DNA of 63,293 nucleotides, the filler included, from Octopus bimaculoides (taxonomy: Eukaryota), in NCBI RefSeq assembly GCF_001194135.2. It is 7 parts of 6 records of this genome, joined end to end, with 100 filler letters (N's around TTAATTAATTAA, not from the genome) between each part and the next. Parts side by side here need not be neighbours in the genome. Positions count along the whole stretch, not along the records: positions 1 to 4,232 come from NC_069004.1; positions 4,333 to 10,067 come from NW_026337320.1; positions 10,168 to 25,350 come from NC_069009.1; 4 more parts are not named here. One strand, 5' to 3'. Of the stretch, positions 1 through 10,936 are shown piece by piece; the stretch's first letter is position 1, and the number at the start of each line of letters is the position of its first letter. Made by a program: the position numbers and the translations under genes. The notes under the pieces were generated by a model, which was given only the letters and a program-made list of their open reading frames with translations, made no database searches and was not told the DNA's origin.

Positions 1-315
1 CTAAGTGATAAATATGTAAAAGCAATTTACTTAATATTTATTTTTCACTGACGTTATTACTGTTATTTCTTTATTTTCTGCAAACAAATTGCACAAAAAG
101 GCTACACGTTTGCATTATGTTATATATACAATAATAATAATAAAGGACGTTACCGTATATACGTTTACAAACCAAGGACGTTATATAGACCTCCTTGACT
201 CAAGTTAGAGAAGGGGTGCGTATTATACACAAGGTTTAGGTTTTTCAGAGGTACAGCCCCCTAAAAATCCCCTGCGTATTATACTCGAGGGCGGACTATA
301 CTCAAGGATTTACGG
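1..315. mobile_element. One end of a Tc1/mariner-pogo-like non-autonomous DNA transposon
   Basis: Ends in ...TACTCGAGGGCGGACTATACTCAAGGATTTACGG followed by TA (316-317), a TIR style I recall from pogo/Tigger-like elements. The other end is not identified. Confidence 0.45.
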
Positions 316-603
316 TATTTGCTGAACTATGTGGTCGTGAAGCAAGTATCTTACCACACACCACCTGCAAGAAATAATTCTATATTCAGGTACACACCTT
401 GTAGCTTGTTCACAGCAAATATATGCAGATGTAAATATATACATATTTATTAAATTTATTTTGCATATATATTTACATGTGTATATAATTGCTGCGCATA
501 TATNNNNNNNNNNNNNNNNNNNNNNNNNNNNNNNNNNNNNNNNNNNNNNNNNNNNNNNNNNNNNNNNNNNNNNNNNNNNNNNNNNNNNNNNNNNNNNNNN
601 NNN

Positions 604-970
604 GGATGCCCTTCCTAACGCCAACCACTGCGAGAGTGTAGTGAGTGCTTTTACGTGCCACCGGTACGAATGCCAGTCAGGCGGTACTGGCAATGACTAC
701 GTTCAAATGGTATTTTTTACGTGCCACCTGTAAAAGAGCCACGCTCGAATGTTGTTTTTCACGTGCCACCGGCACAGTTGCCATTGAGGCGTCGCTGGAA
801 ACGATTACGCTCGAATGGTGCTTTTTACGTGCCACCGGCACGGGAGCCAGTCAGCGGCACTGGAAACGATCACGCTCGGATGGTGTGTTTAACGTTCCAC
901 TGGCACGAGTGCCAATCAGGCGGCATTGTCATCGGCCACGTCAGCGATTTTGATTTCACTTGCCTCAACT
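604..970. repeat. GC-rich dispersed repeat with an internal ~45-65 bp tandem subunit (core TTTACGTGCCACC)
   Basis: Core motif recurs near 650, 717, 759 and 825, with a degenerate copy near 890. It starts with GGATGCCCTTCCTAACGCCAACC, a segment also seen at ~47365. Confidence 0.7.
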
Positions 971-971
971 G

Positions 972-1215
972 AAAGAAGCCCATCGTATATATATATGTCT
1001 ATATATGTATGTGTGTGTATATGTTTATGTGTCTGCGTTTGTCCTCCCAGCATCACTTGACAACCGATGCTGGTGTGTTTACGTCCTCGTAACTTAGCTG
1101 TTCGGCAAAAGACACCGATAGAATAAGTATTAGGCTTCCAAAGAATAAGTCCTGGGGTCGATTTGCTCGACTAAAAGGCCGCAGTCAAATGACTGAAACA
1201 AGTAAAAGAGTAAAA
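972..1215 (+). mobile_element. SINE family B, 3' half
   Basis: Matches the 3' part of the full copy at 23019-23412 (CTTGACAACCGATGCTGG...GTCAAATGACTGAAACAAGTAAAAGAG). Confidence 0.85.
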
Positions 1216-1668
1216 GAGAGAGAGAGAGTATATATGTGTGTGTATATATATGTACATATACATATGTATAAATGTATATGTGTGTGTGAGGCTTTGTAAA
1301 GAAAGAAATTGCTTTTTCCAGGGATGTCTTACATTCTAGCTTCTCCAGTTTATCCATATATCTGTGAATTTACTGGAGTTTGTCTCTCTGTGTTAGTGTT
1401 AGTGTTTAATAGACACCAGTACTATATAATTAGATTTGGATACAAAAATCAATAAATATATAAAGATATATATTGTATAGGTTCTTCCTTCGGCAAGTAG
1501 GTAGACAGTAAAACAACATCCAGACTCTAAAACCAATATTATTTACTTTGGGGCGTGGTAGTATTTGACCTAAATTTTTCAAGACGGCAGCTAGTCACTG
1601 TCCTGCTATCGTCAAACTTAAAAGTTTTGGCTATCTTTAGAAAAGTACACGAAAGACAAATAATCTTC

Positions 1669-1725
<57 letters not shown>

Positions 1726-2222
1726 GCACACACACACACATACAGAAAGACACATACAGAAAGACACATACGACAATTATGCTTAAAGGTGAAAATGCTA
1801 ACACACACACATACAAAAAAAAAAAAACATGCTACTATCTTAGTCTATAATGAACACTCAGTCTATTAGGATGTAAATCATAATACAATTGTTACTTGTA
1901 AAATAAATGAAGGTGGATATTGAAACGATCGTAGGCATTACGTAAATGACAGTTATGTAAATAAATTGATATTGCTGTATTCAAACTCTCCATTTTCTTT
2001 ATATTATACTACTACATATATATATATNNNNNNNNNNNNNNNNNNNNGTAGTATACTTTTCTTTTGATTTCTGGATAGAAATAACACTTGCTGACCAAAA
2101 ACAAAGAATTAATGAATAACAATTTTGCTACACACTATAATAAAACTCATCTAAGTTTGGCAATAATTTTTTATACAAGTTATTTTTATGTGAGTTGCTA
2201 ATTTACCCCTTATTAATTGCAG

Positions 2223-2363
2223 TAAATATTTAAAGACGATCGATTTTCTAAGTAAGAAATTGTTAAAGGAAAGACATATAAGAAAGACAGCTGAAGAAGC
2301 ATATCAAAACAAGATCCGTTCACTAAATGTAACAACTATTAAACTTCAAGACGAATTGAACAG
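2223..2363 (+). CDS. Candidate internal coding exon, coiled-coil-like, gene unknown
   Basis: Branch-like GCTAAT, pyrimidine run and TTGCAG| at 2222. The 141-nt open frame reads KYLKTIDFLSKKLLKERHIRKTAEEAYQNKIRSLNVTTIKLQDELNR. Donor CAG|GTTACA is weak and no homology is recognised. Confidence 0.3.
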
Positions 2364-2425
2364 GTTACATCGAAGACACCTTCTGTCAGTAGCTGCTTTT
2401 GACTTTCTCTCTCTCTCTCCCTCTC

Positions 2426-2460
<35 letters not shown>

Positions 2461-2548
2461 NNNNNNNNNNNNNNNNNNNNNNNNNNNNNNNNNNNNNNNN
2501 NNNNNNNNNNNNNNNNNNNNNNNNNNNNNNNNNNNNNNNNNNNNNNNN

Positions 2549-2612
<64 letters not shown>

Positions 2613-2738
2613 AATTCATTTCATATATCTGCGGTGTGTATCAATTTGTGAATGTATCTATGTAAGCTGAAACCCTACGTAAAGTGGCGTCTATTGATTG
2701 GCCAAACAAGTTACACAGTTTAATACCATCGTCTAGAC

Positions 2739-3026
2739 CAGGAGTTTTCAAACTTTTTGACTTGCGGACTCCTTTACATTTCAAGCTTTACCTTAGGGAC
2801 CCCCCTTATAAACGCTTATGAAATTTAAACATAAATATTTGCTTAAAATAACATATATTTTTACATTTATTTACTTAACAGTATTTAACAAGTAGGTTTA
2901 TTGTCAATTAAAAGATTTCGATTAAAAAACATATATAAAATCAAATTGCTCATAAAAAGTATTTGCTGTCCTGTCTTGTCCTTGCGGACCCCCTGTGGTC
3001 CGCGGACCACAGTTTGAAAACCCCTG
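2739..3026. mobile_element. hAT (Charlie/Buster-type) MITE, 288 bp
   Basis: TIRs CAGGAGTTTTCAAACT / AGTTTGAAAACCCCTG and a perfect 8-bp TSD GTCTAGAC (2731-2738, 3027-3034). Confidence 0.93.
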
Positions 3027-3799
3027 GTCTAGACCTTGAGTTCCTTTAGCAGACTTTGCTCTGTTGCGAGTATTCGAACCTGACACCTATTATGTAACAT
3101 TCTAATTAGCTAAAACTTCAAGAGTCCTTTCAACATCTTGGGGAAAAGAAATATTATTGTCTCTCATTTTCTAGCACAAGAATATTTTGCTACTTACAAA
3201 AGAGATCAATATGTGAGCGATCAACTTGCTAGAAATAGCTCCCCAATCTGTTTCAAATTACACATGCTTGTTTTATGTACATTTATATTTTTATATATAT
3301 TTATATTTATATTTCGTATATCTTAAATTTTAATTTAATTATGATTCAGAATATCATCGTGTCATATTAGACATATATCTTTCGAAATTTGAATATTGAT
3401 TTCCTCTGAATATTATTGATAATTTTATGAATTTATTAATGATATAAAAACACATATATATATATTTATTTGCTCAAAATAATAGAGCACTTAATATAAG
3501 TTCAGTAACATATTCTTTTAGAATATTCCTTATAAAATTTATTGTTTTAAAAGATAGGATAATGAATAATATACTTCTATACCATCTCTATCCAGGGAAG
3601 ATTAGATATTCGGTAACATGATTCTAAATTTGAGCATGAAACTCTGTTCCTTCCGTTTCCGTAGATGCCGTTCATTGACAAATCAGTAATGGAATTGCCC
3701 AGCGATAGATTGGCCTCAAATACATAGCAGTGTGCCTCGAATGTGTTCCCGAAGCAGCCGACAGGGAAATGTCATTTTCCCCCAATGCAAAGTGCTCCG

Positions 3800-4020
3800 C
3801 AGTGTTTACTCTTTTACTTGTTTCAGTCATTTGACGGCGGCCATGCTGGAGCACCGCCTTTATAGTCGAGCAAATCGACCCTAGAGCTTATTCTTTGTAA
3901 GCCTAGTACTTATTCTATCGGTCTCTTTTGCCGAACCGCTAAGTTACGGGAACGTAAACACACTAGCATCGGTTGTCAAGTGATGGTGGGGGGACAAACA
4001 GACACACAAACACACACACA
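3800..4020 (-). mobile_element. SINE family B, 3' half
   Basis: Reverse complement of the family B tail (TTTTACTTGTTTCAGTCATTTGAC...GGTTGTCAAGTGATGGTGG). Confidence 0.85.
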
Positions 4021-4063
4021 AACATACACACACACACTCACACACATACATTATATATATATA

Positions 4064-4089
4064 TCTATATATATAAAAATGAGAATGTG

Positions 4090-4120
<31 letters not shown>

Positions 4121-4232
4121 GTGTGTGTGTGTGTGAATCCCTAAAACTCGAGAACTACGCAACCAATTTCATTCAAATTTTACTGATGCCTTACTTAGGG
4201 TTCCAGTTGTGTTTTAGTCAAAAAAGATTTTT
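4064..4232 (+). mobile_element. Helitron 5' end, same family as the element ending at 9436
   Basis: A^TCTATATATATAAAAATGAGAAT, then (GTCT)n, then GAATCCCTAAAACTCGAGAACTACGC; inverted match to 9300-9436. Runs into an N gap. Confidence 0.75.
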
Positions 4233-4952
4233 NNNNNNNNNNNNNNNNNNNNNNNNNNNNNNNNNNNNNNNNNNNNTTAATTAATTAANNNNNNNNNNNN
4301 NNNNNNNNNNNNNNNNNNNNNNNNNNNNNNNNCCACATCTATCAAACAATTTAATAAAATGTATCTAATTTATATTAATAAAATGTATCTAATTTATATT
4401 AATAAACTATATTCTATTTAATATCTCTATTTATAGACAATGAAATATTTCATTTGTGCCTAATAAAATTCAATCTATTTATACTAAATGCAATAGAAAT
4501 CTATTTTTTCACTATTCAACCACCCACTGACGACTCTTTATTAATTTTCTCTCCGCCAAACTGCCATTTGTTATTAGTTACAGTATTCTAACCACGACAT
4601 TGTCGTTGCTGTTGTCGTTTTTGTTGATGTTGCTAATTCATTATTTTCCTCATTGTTCTTCCTCCAACTCAATTCTTCGCTGTTGCTGTACACACACACA
4701 CACATCTTAATATTGTTCTTTTGTCCTATGCCTGTACATATATGTTTGCACGTGTAAACACACACACACACACATACGTACATTTCAGCATTCTTCGACC
4801 GTTCAATTCAGACGCGTTTCGTTGTTTTAGTCTCTCCTCTTCTATCCTTTTCCGGATATGCTCGAAACCTTAAACACTTCATCCATTTTTCCTAAAACAT
4901 TCCGTTTCTTGTTCTTTTACCTCATCTTTTTTTGCGGGGGTGGAGGAAACCA

Positions 4953-5598
4953 TATTATTATTATTATGGCCGGGTCGCAGCAAGAAAGTCCACCCACCAC
5001 ACGTCTCGGTCCATCATCACTGCCTCGAGGTCCTGAATAAATTCCAGGCCCGTCTCTTACGATCAAGATGTCGATGTATGTGTGATGACGTTTTCCTCAT
5101 CTTACATCACCATGAAGTACGTTCCACAAGACTAATTTGGGTGTTTCCACTTCAGGGTGACACACACACACACTGACCAGAGAGTCACAGTCGTCTTTAC
5201 CTGATCTTCTCGCTAACTTTCAGTAGGTTTTCATAAAGGCATTCATTTGTCATGTCGCTACCGTTTCACATTTAGGGCCATTCGTAGCATCCTTGTATCG
5301 AAGCCATTTAACCCGTTTCATAATTCCTTTGTCGGTGTCCATGTTTCACTACCATATAATAGCACTGATTCGGCAGTTGCAATGAACAACTTGACTTTGA
5401 TTTGCCTGGACAATTTGAAGTTCCAGATCTTTAGTTTGTGACAGGCTGTCAAATACTTGTGCCTTCTTGATCTTGATATCTACTTCCGAAATGCTCACCC
5501 AACCACCTAAGTACTTGAAGTCTTCAGTAGCATTCAATTTGGAACCGCCCAGCATCACTTGATTGGATAGAAGACATGTATTCCGTTTTCTTAGCTCA
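4953..5598 (-). mobile_element. RTE-clade LINE, 5'-truncated and degenerate 3' end
   Basis: Minus-strand frames give EDFKYLGGWV, then ESVLLYGSETWT, RMLRMALN and KLVLW, which are post-RT motifs of RTE ORFs. It ends in a (TAA)n tail at 4953-4967. Confidence 0.8.
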
Positions 5599-5716
5599 CC
5601 ATATACTATACACTTTTGAAAATCTTATGTGAAACTGGCAAAATGTATTTCTATATTTCAAAACATAATTAAATTCTAATTAATTCTAATATATTCTCAG
5701 CACATTTTTCAACTTC

Positions 5717-5757
<41 letters not shown>

Positions 5758-5784
5758 NNNNNNNNNNTATATATATATATATAA

Positions 5785-5817
<33 letters not shown>

Positions 5818-5912
5818 AAGAGATGGAGGAGAGTACATACATATATGTGTATATATAATATATGCATGTGTGTATATATTTATTTATTTATATATTTTTG
5901 TTCTTTCGTCAG

Positions 5913-6251
5913 ATATAGATTTATCGGATGTCGACTCGGAACCGGGTTTCCACGTGAAACGGAAACAACGACGAAGCCGGACCACCTTTACTGCTGACCA
6001 ATTGGAAGAATTGGAGAAAGCCTTTGAACGGACCCACTACCCTGATATTTATACCCGCGAGGAACTGGCCCAGAGAACCAAATTGACCGAAGCACGAGTC
6101 CAGGTTTGGTTCAGCAATCGCAGAGCACGATGGCGCAAGCAAGTAGGCAATAACCAACTAAGTACCCTGAATGGCTTAATTCCACCCCAAACTGTACCCG
6201 GTTCTCATTACGTCCTACCAGATTCAAGTTATACATTGTCAACAGCTCAAG
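5913..6251 (+). CDS. Pax3/7: Pax3/7 homeobox exon (complete paired-class Ser50 homeodomain plus flanks)
   Basis: [72 protein letters not shown]; DSEP...[25 protein letters not shown] and S50 are diagnostic. Acceptor TTCTTTCGTCAG| at 5912 and donor CAAG|GTAAGT at 6251/6252; phase 1-1; homeodomain 5966-6145. Confidence 0.97.
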
Positions 6252-6789
6252 GTAAGTGAAGTATATGCTTCGATATGATGATGATAATAATAAGATATAA
6301 ATGTTGGTTGGTTGATGTCTTCAGTCACGCTTTACATTGTATGGAGAGAGAGTGAGAGTGAATGAGAAAGTGAGAGTGAGTGAGAGTGAGTGAGAGAGAA
6401 AGAGATTTAACACAAGTGTAGGATGAGTGCTCATTCTAGGCTTGGTAGTAGGCTCTGTGTAAAAGAACGCTACAAACGTGCACACACGAAGTGGAAGAGA
6501 AAGAGTAATATAAAGTTGTTCTCCGTTGACAAAATACAGCAGCGATTAGCATATTCCCGTTCGAATCTGCTGGAATGCATTAAAAATTAATATTATGTCA
6601 GGCATTTGTTTTATCAATTTTATTTTAGTAATAAGTATTTTTGTTTGGAAAACGCATATTTTATAAACACCAAAACAGTTGATAAGAGTTAAATTATAAT
6701 TATAGCATGTATGCCATATTTTCTGATATTACTCAGGGTGGTAAGACTATATTTAGTTAACCGTCATATGACGCATTAGACTCAAGTAT

Positions 6790-7597
6790 TTATTATTGTT
6801 GTTGTTGTTGTTTTACTTCTCAGAACGTTCGGTCTTGTTTGTTCTGTTAGATTCTGTGAGAGCGGACAGCAGCCTGCTGTCAGAGGTCTCGCAGGGTCTC
6901 TTTCCGCACATTATAAGCTTTGATACGTGACAGACATTCAACATCCAAGTACCAACCTCAAAATCCTAGCTGTCCCCAGCAGAGCAGTTTTTTGGGGGGC
7001 TTGCTCTGCTCTCGTGTCAATTCCGATTTCTCTGACATATTGTTAGTGCTCCTAGTGACCCTACTGGAATGACAGACTCGTTCCTCAAAGTCCCCATTAT
7101 TACAATTTCGTCTTTTAATAGTCTGTACTTTTCAATCTTTTCTAGTCCCTTGTCACTTACGCGTGCATCTCCAGGTATTGCAATATCTATAATTTTGGTT
7201 TCATTTTTTTTCTTTTCTTTATCAACCACAATATTTGGTCTCCGAGCCTCGATTAGGGAGTCACATTGGATTGTAAAATCTCACAGTATCTTATATTCCT
7301 TGTTCTCGGTGACTCCATCTGGTTCATGTTCGTACCACTTCCATGCTCTGATCAGACCCTTACTTTTCACATAGCCTCCAGTGGACCATCGCCAAGTGTT
7401 CATCTTGTCTTTTCCTTCCGTTTCTCCTAGGGATTGCCCATGCAGTGCTTTCATTTTCCAGTTCCTTACACTCTTCTTCCTCTAGTTTCTTAAATGTCTG
7501 TGGGTGCATCACATTTTCGGTAGCTACTGTATTGTTAATTCTAACAGCGGCAAGCAAATATTCACTCTGCTCTTTCACGTATTGGCAGAATATGACT
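6790..7597 (-). mobile_element. R4/Dong-like non-LTR retrotransposon 3' fragment (restriction-like endonuclease), degenerate
   Basis: WKMKALHGQ, VHWRLCEK, WYEHEP, ILWDFTIQCD, IIDIAIPGDARV, KIEKY, GSLG and KTALLGTARILR; (AAC/AAT)n tail at ~6790-6812. An internal deletion removes the CCHC region. Confidence 0.88.
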
Positions 7598-7647
7598 ATC
7601 ATCATCATCATCATCTTAATGATTATTTTCTTTGTTATTATTCTTAA

Positions 7648-7776
7648 GGCGGTGAGATGGTAGAATCGTTAGCATACCGGGCAAAATGCTTCGCAACATT
7701 TCTTCTGCTTTTACGTTTTGAGTTCAAATTCCGCCGAGGTCGACTTTGCCTTTCATCCTTTCGGTGTCGATAAATT
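7648..7776 (+). mobile_element. SINE family A (tRNA-headed), partial
   Basis: GGCGGTGAGATGGTAGAATCGTTAGC (A-box-like), GAGTTCAAATTCC (B-box), then GAGGTCGACTTTGCCTTTCATCCTTTCGG. Confidence 0.85.
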
Positions 7777-7981
7777 GTATGTGTGCTTGTGTGTGTATAT
7801 GTATCTCTGTATATGCATACACATGCACAGACACAATCACACATACGGGCACACATATGCATACATACATACACACGCATATGTATACACACATACACAC
7901 GCAGGCCTACATACATACATACATACATACATACGCACACATAAATACACACACATGCACATACATGTATATATATATATA

Positions 7982-8072
7982 CTAGCAGAAATACCCGGCG
8001 TTGCCCGGGTTAAAGAGAATAATGAAATCTAAAAACGCCGTCTAGACTACGCATCATCTTTATATATAGAGA
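7982..8072 (-). mobile_element. 91-bp mini-Helitron with both termini
   Basis: Minus strand reads A^TCTCTATATATAAAG...ACCCGGGCAACGCCGGGTATTTCTGCTAG^T; AT target, no TSD. Confidence 0.85.
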
Positions 8073-8191
8073 TGTATATACACACACGCACCCAAACACA
8101 CGTATATATATGTATATCAATATAAATATATGAAAGTCAATGAAGTTTCGTAAAAGAAGGTGATCATGTACATACTTTCTTGCTGTTGTGA

Positions 8192-8330
8192 TTATAACAC
8201 CTCATTGTAAACTATGTTCCTTGTTTTCCCTTGTGGAGCATATACAAATAGTTTTTTTGTTGCTGCCCACTCTTGAGCAGCCAACATACAGTTGTCCATG
8301 TGAGAAGCAGGGCTCTTCCAAGAGAAGACT
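8192..8330 (-). pseudogene. Helitron RepHel (Pif1-type helicase) C-terminal fragment
   Basis: SLLLEEPCFSHGQLYVGCSRVGSNKK, a +1 frameshift in an A run, then LFVYAPQGKTRNIVYNEVL*. FSHGQLYVxxSRV...KTxNIVY is the Helitron helicase end motif. Confidence 0.88.
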
Positions 8331-9444
8331 ANNNNNNNNNNNNNNNNNNNNNNNNNNNNNNNNNNNNNNNNNNNNNNNNNNNNNNNNNNNNNNNNNNNNN
8401 NNNNNNNNNNNNNNNNNNNNNNNNNNNNNNNNNNNNNNNNNNNNNNNNNNNNNNNNNNNNNNNNNNNNNNNNNNNNNNNNNNNNNNNNNNNNNNNNNNNN
8501 NNNNNNNNNNNNNNNNNNNNNNNNNNNNNNNNNNNNNNNNNNNNNNNNNNNNNNNNNNNNNNNNNNNNNNNNNNNNNNNNNNNNNNNNNNNNNNNNNNNN
8601 NNNNNNNNNNNNNNNNNNNNNNNNNNNNNNNNNNNNNNNNNNNNNNNNNNNNNNNNNNNNNNNNNNNNNNNNNNNNNNNNNNNNNNNNNNNNNNNNNNNN
8701 NNNNNNNNNNNNNNNNNNNNNNNNNNNNNNNNNNNNNNNNNNNNNNNNNNNNNNNNNNNNNNNNNNNNNNNNNNNNNNNNNNNNNNNNNNNNNNNNNNNN
8801 NNNNNNNNNNNNNNNNNNNNNNNNNNNNNNNNNNNNNNNNNNNNNNNNNNNNNNNNNNNNNNNNNNNNNNNNNNNNNNNNNNNNNNNNNNNNNNNNNNNN
8901 NNNNNNNNNNNNNNNNNNNNNNNNNNNNNNNNNNNNNNNNNNNNNNNNNNNNNNNNNNNNNNNNNNNNNNNNNNNNNNNNNNNNNNNNNNNNNNNNNNNN
9001 NNNNNNNNNNNNNNNNNNNNNNNNNNNNNNNNNNNNNNNNNNNNNNNNNNNNNNNNNNNNNNNNNNNNNNNNNNNNNNNNNNNNNNNNNNNNNNNNNNNN
9101 NNNNNNNNNNNNNNNNNNNNNNNNNNNNNNNNNNNNNNNNNCAGTATCAAAATGTGATTGTTTCAGTTAGTGGAATAGTTTCATTTTTAAAGTGAAAGTA
9201 TTTGACATGAGTGTTTTTGTTTCACTTTTGACACATAATACTTAAATAGTGGAGGAGATATTATGTTGCCGTGTGCTCGAACTCTGCAAGAAGTTAATAA
9301 TTTTTTTTTACTAAAACACAACTGGAACCCTAAGTAAGGCATGTGTAAAATTTGAATGAAATTGGTTGCGTAGTTCTCGAGTTTTAGGGATTCACACAGA
9401 CAGACAGACAGAAATTCTCATTTTTATATATATAGATATATGTG

Positions 9445-9768
9445 TGTGTGTGTGAGTGTGTGTATATATCTTGTTTCAGTCACTTGACTGCGGCCATGCT
9501 GGAGCACAGCTTTTAGTTGAGCAAATCGACCCCAGGAATTGTTCTTTGTAAGCCTAGTACTTATATCCTATTAGTCACTTTTGCCGAACCGCTAATTTAC
9601 GGATACGTAAACACACCAGCATCGGATGTCAAGCGATGTTGGGGAGGACCCACAAACACACACATACATAAACATGACAGGCTTCTTTCAGTTTCCGTCT
9701 ACAAACTCCACTCACAAGTCTTTGGTCAACCCGAAGCTATAGTGGAAGACCCTTGCCCAAGGTGCCAT
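9445..9768 (-). mobile_element. SINE family B
   Basis: Reverse-complement match to 23060-23405. Confidence 0.85.
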
Positions 9769-10167
9769 GTATATATAGATAAATAAATATATACAAATAA
9801 ATGAATATATAGGGAGATGTACTTGCATAGCAAGTGACCTGATCTGAGATCGTGTGCTGGAACGAAAACAATTGCAGCGTGGAAGGTGTTTATAAGCCAT
9901 TTAAATTAACACAAAATCCGTAAGATTGACTTCAACATTTAAATTTAAATTTAAATACATAAATATATGTATATATAAATAAATGAATATATATAAAATA
10001 AATATATAAAAATAAACATATATATATTTATTTATATGTATATATATATTTATATATATATGTTTATNNNNNNNNNNNNNNNNNNNNNNNNNNNNNNNNN
10101 NNNNNNNNNNNTTAATTAATTAANNNNNNNNNNNNNNNNNNNNNNNNNNNNNNNNNNNNNNNNNNNN

Positions 10168-10870
10168 CTACACTGCAACAGGGGCCAGGCCTTATGAAGA
10201 GTTGAATATATATGAGGTACTTTAATTTTGTGTGAGGACATGTTTTTGCAGAGAAATATTTCTGAAGATGTTATTTACCAAAAACAAAAAACAGTTTTCT
10301 TTCCTTGAGTCTCCAGCTCTTGAAGGAGTCACAAACCGAATGATCTGAAGGCATGGGCCTACTGGATAGTTGCACAGGTTACCCATGGGTTAAATCTTAA
10401 AGACTTTGAAACATTCTGTACATATGTTGAGACCAAGGGATGTATGACGTGCTTAATTTTGTGTCAGGAGTTCTTTTACAAAGAGATCGTTTCTCTAGAG
10501 GAAATGTTGGTAAAAAAGACAAAATTGCTATCTTCAATTTGGTTAACACAAACGGTAGAACTGGGCTTCCTCCGAAGCAATAATTCTCAACTGGGGTCCA
10601 CACGACCCTTGGGGGTTTAAAGTTTAATTGCAATAATTTGGTTCTACTTCTAAAATGCACAAAACATTCTAACAATTTTTTTATACAATTCTTAATATTT
10701 AATTATAAAAATAAAGTAGAATTTTTTAAGCATCAAACCACTATGAGATCCAGTAGAGTGAATTAGGAATCAAAGGTTCACAGGTAAAAAAGTGGTTGAA
10801 GAACACTGCTCTAAAGTGCCTCAGGAGGAACACTACTTGACAGGATGCATAGCTCACAGATAAAAGTGTC
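10168..10870. repeat. Unclassified internally repetitive dispersed repeat, inverted relative to 12235-14465
   Basis: 10168-10387 is a close reverse complement of ~13826-14044; 10430-10520 is a reverse-complement match to 12590-12616 plus 13345-13420. Confidence 0.75.
10578..10808. mobile_element. Degenerate hAT MITE nested in the unclassified repeat
   Basis: Ends CAATAATTCTCAACT / GGTTGAAGAACACTG; imperfect 8-bp TSD CTCCGAAG / CTCTAAAG. Confidence 0.65.
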
Positions 10871-10936
10871 TCTCCAAGTTGAGCCCATTTATTTGCATTG
10901 AGAGGTCATGGCTCCAGTACTACAGACTTTATTTAA

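Larger units (their letters stand above)
7982..9436 (-). mobile_element. Composite non-autonomous Helitron, partly in an N gap
   Basis: 5' A^TC at 9436; helicase C-terminal remnant at 8192-8330; 3' hairpin ACCCGG-GCAACG-CCGGGT (7993-8010) then CTAG^T at 7982. Continuity across gap 8332-9141 is assumed. Confidence 0.7.
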
